A DNA stretch of 64,000 bases from Candidatus Saccharimonadales bacterium. Its GTDB lineage: Bacteria > Patescibacteriota > Saccharimonadia > Saccharimonadales > JAXHNE01. The notes under the pieces were generated by a model. That model had not been told where the DNA came from and did no database searches. It saw nothing but the letters and a program-made list of their open reading frames with translations. The translations under genes were made by a program, and so were the position numbers. Shown here in pieces: positions 62,489 through 64,000 of the stretch. Where the stretch lies: positions 1,281 through 65,280 of the forward strand of contig JBBQAZ010000001.1 of the NCBI GenBank assembly GCA_038316995.1, read 5' to 3'. Positions within the stretch are counted from its first letter, which is position 1. Each line of letters begins with the position of its first letter.

Positions 62489-63202
62489 CTAAAACCGTAC
62501 GCGTTTCATGAGACGATCTACAGCATCTGGTTCACGGTCTTCATGTGGCAAGTACAGCGCAATCGTGTCGATAATCTCATCTGCCTGGTCGGGGGAGAAG
62601 TAGACTGTAAGCCCTGGAGCAAAACGTTTAGTGGGCAAAAAGAGAACCGATGGAACGGCTCCATCATCATGTACGGTGAATGACTTGAACTCTTCGAAAG
62701 AGAAGTGCTTATGTGCAACGTCTATGCCACTATTGGTCACTTTGTATTCCAGGACGTCAGGCTTTCGTGCTGCAAACACACCAAATAGGACAGCAACTAT
62801 TGGAAATACAACCGCTGTTACAGTGTCCCTAGTAACTAAATAGATAACTGCTGTTATAACAACGGTAGCGGCGCCCAGTCCTGCAAACCAACTAGTATCT
62901 TTGTGGTGCGCAATGTATTCTGACGCAGTCCAAGAAGCTTCAGCTCGTACCTGTGTTTCAGTTTCTGGATATTCTTCGCTTACTGGTTGTACTGATTGTT
63001 CTGTATTTTCATCAAATCCTGCAGCGCGAAAGGTGTCCTGGCTTGAGGGTTCTGTTGCTGGCTCGGCTTCTGACTTGTTGCTTACTTGTTCTTGATTGGT
63101 AGCTTGGGGAAGCTCGGATTCTGTCACTGTTGGAGGGGCGGCCTGAACTTCTGTTTTTTGTTCATCGCCCTGGCCTGGTGTTATAACGCTACCTGGTTGC
63201 AT
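62489..63202 (-). CDS. membrane protein with an acidic N-terminal region, two TM helices and a PH-like C-terminal domain (tentative)
   Basis: 237-aa ORF. No specific family recognised. Confidence 0.6.
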   Translation of the reverse strand: MQPGSVITPGQGDEQKTEVQAAPPTVTESELPQATNQEQVSNKSEAEPATEPSSQDTFRAAGFDENTEQSVQPVSEEYPETETQVRAEASWTASEYIAHHKDTSWFAGLGAATVVITAVIYLVTRDTVTAVVFPIVAVLFGVFAARKPDVLEYKVTNSGIDVAHKHFSFEEFKSFTVHDDGAVPSVLFLPTKRFAPGLTVYFSPDQADEIIDTIALYLPHEDREPDAVDRLMKRVRF

Positions 63203-63207
63203 GCCTA

Positions 63208-63486
63208 TCAGTAGCCTTTCTGTAGCTCAAAATCGCTACTTAATTGAACTCTTAGTATTCTTTTTAATGACTGACGCCCGTTTGAAGTCTTTAGATACTT
63301 TTCGCGTCTTCGTGCATCAACTTCACTTCTGTGTGCTTCGTAATACAGTAGGCTCCAGGGCAAGTAGGCTTTGGTTGAGCGATTTTGACCTTTGTTATGT
63401 TCTATGAACCGCCGTTTTAAATCTGCCGTAAATCCGACATAAAAACTTTTATTAACTTCGGATTGAAGCAAGTAGACATAGAACAT
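63208..63486 (-). CDS. GIY-YIG nuclease family protein
   Basis: MFYVYLLQSEVNKSFYVGFTADLKRRFIEHN. I chose the start at 63486. Confidence 0.85.
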   Translation of the reverse strand: MFYVYLLQSEVNKSFYVGFTADLKRRFIEHNKGQNRSTKAYLPWSLLYYEAHRSEVDARRREKYLKTSNGRQSLKRILRVQLSSDFELQKGY

Positions 63487-63574
63487 TACAGAAAGCTCAC
63501 TGCTGGGCATGAACGTATTGTAGCTTATGCTTGAACGCTAATAAAGCTTTCACTCTGGAATGCAAGAGAATATC

Positions 63575-63583
63575 TGCTATAAT
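63575..63583 (+). promoter_or_regulatory. extended -10 TGCTATAAT upstream of the tRNA-Ser region
   Basis: Read directly. It would drive the leader that contains the tRNA-like minihelix and motif copy C. Confidence 0.5.
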
Positions 63584-63604
63584 TCACCACTGTTGTAGCA
63601 CTTT

Positions 63605-63638
63605 TATTCAACATGGAGAGGTACCCGCCTCATACCGT
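63605..63638 (+). pseudogene. tRNA-Ser-derived minihelix or remnant
   Basis: The first 12 nt (GGAGAGGTACCC) match the 5' end of the tRNA-Ser at 63793. It ends CTCTCTCCG, matching that tRNA's 3' acceptor strand plus discriminator. The internal arms are missing. Confidence 0.45.
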
Positions 63639-63654
63639 GCTCTCTCCGGCAGCT

Positions 63655-63695
63655 GCCGGATCGAGGCCAAGCAAGGAAAACGTTAACAGCCACTG
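63655..63695 (+). repeat. motif copy C: GGCCAAGCAAGGAAAACG plus hairpin CGTTAACAGCC-act-GGCTATTAACG
   Basis: 11-bp stem with a single C.A mismatch. Homologous to copy A. Confidence 0.55.
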
Positions 63696-63792
63696 GCTAT
63701 TAACGGGCGTGAAGGGTTTCCCATAAACCACAGAGAAACTATTGTAGTTTACAAATAGTGGCACGAGATTCGCGCCACTATCCGAAAACTAT

Positions 63793-63885
63793 GGAGAGGT
63801 ACCCAAGTGGCTTAAGGGGATGGTTTGCTAAATCATTAGTGGGGCGCAAGTTCCAGCGAGGGTTCGAATCCCTCTCTCTCCGCCA
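63793..63885 (+). tRNA. tRNA-Ser (anticodon GCT), long variable arm, CCA encoded
   Basis: Hand-folded: acceptor GGAGAGG/TCTCTCC, anticodon loop TTGCTAA, T-arm GAGGG-TTCGAAT-CCCTC, discriminator G. Confidence 0.9.
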
Positions 63886-63889
63886 TATT

Positions 63890-63916
63890 ATCTTAATGAC
63901 CGTCGGTCATTAAGAT
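63890..63916. terminator. perfect 13-bp palindrome ATCTTAATGACCG-t-CGGTCATTAAGAT after tRNA-Ser
   Basis: Read directly. No clear U-tract. Confidence 0.45.
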
Positions 63917-63970
63917 AAATCGAAGTGTTAGGTAATTCGAACGACAATATATTTTTTACAATTTAGCTAT

Positions 63971-64000
63971 GGAGAGGTGACCGAGTGGTTTAAGGTACCG
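63971..64000 (+). tRNA. 5' part of a second class II tRNA (probably tRNA-Ser), truncated by the window end
   Basis: GGAGAGGTGACCGAGTGGTTTAAGGTACCG is an acceptor plus D-arm typical of tRNA-Ser. A TACAAT box lies 8 nt upstream. Confidence 0.7.

Noticed and set aside
61485-63695. A CRISPR array formed by the repeated GGCCRAGCARGGAAAAC motif.
   Set aside because: There are only three copies. Their spacing is irregular (0.65 and 1.5 kb), coding genes and tRNAs lie between them, and no cas genes are present.
1-64000. Alternative genetic code with TGA recoded, as in some candidate-phyla bacteria.
   Set aside because: TGA terminates polA at its natural C-terminus (…NWGEL*), and conserved genes are uninterrupted under the standard code.

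Overview
The window is a compact, mostly minus-strand, housekeeping stretch of a small bacterial chromosome. Background GC is roughly 35-48% from hand counts on sampled 60-nt blocks. It uses the standard genetic code: TGA is a genuine stop, for example at the natural C-terminus of polA. Gene content points to a Patescibacteria/CPR, Saccharibacteria-like organism, but that is inference only. Supporting content includes rpsO, truB, rpsT, holA, mutM, folP, polA, two sigma-70 factors, dnaG, orn, gdh, argS, groES/groEL with a CIRCE operator, murE, tsaD, valS and a lone purF, plus many small orphan membrane or acidic ORFs.

I recognised no rRNA, CRISPR array, transposase, integrase or reverse transcriptase. 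RNA genes are tRNA-Arg(GCG), a complete tRNA-Ser(GCT), and the 5' part of a second tRNA-Ser cut by the window end.

Observations most worth follow-up:
1. A compositionally mosaic locus at 44.55-49.56 kb. An orphan, soluble, coupling-protein-like ATPase (920 aa) is bracketed by two outward-facing, roughly 0.48-kb GC-rich (55-65%) single-gene cassettes, each followed by a long GC hairpin.
2. A translationally coupled operon of CDP-alcohol phosphatidyltransferase, a PHP phosphoesterase and an archaeal-type CDP-archaeol synthase (CarS) homolog. A GGPP-synthase/phytoene-synthase-like pair lies elsewhere in the window.
3. A recurrent leaderless-mRNA architecture: a -10 box, often TGnTAyAAT, ends 6-9 nt before the start codon at 13 genes.
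4. A dispersed tRNA-associated motif family (GGCCRAGCARGGAAAAC plus a hairpin), together with duplicated tRNA ends.
5. A DnaG in which all four zinc-ribbon ligands are substituted.
6. An envelope module of two CapA-like proteins flanking a class-A beta-lactamase-like protein and a VanY-type peptidase.

All functional calls come from motifs read in the supplied translations. No database search was run.
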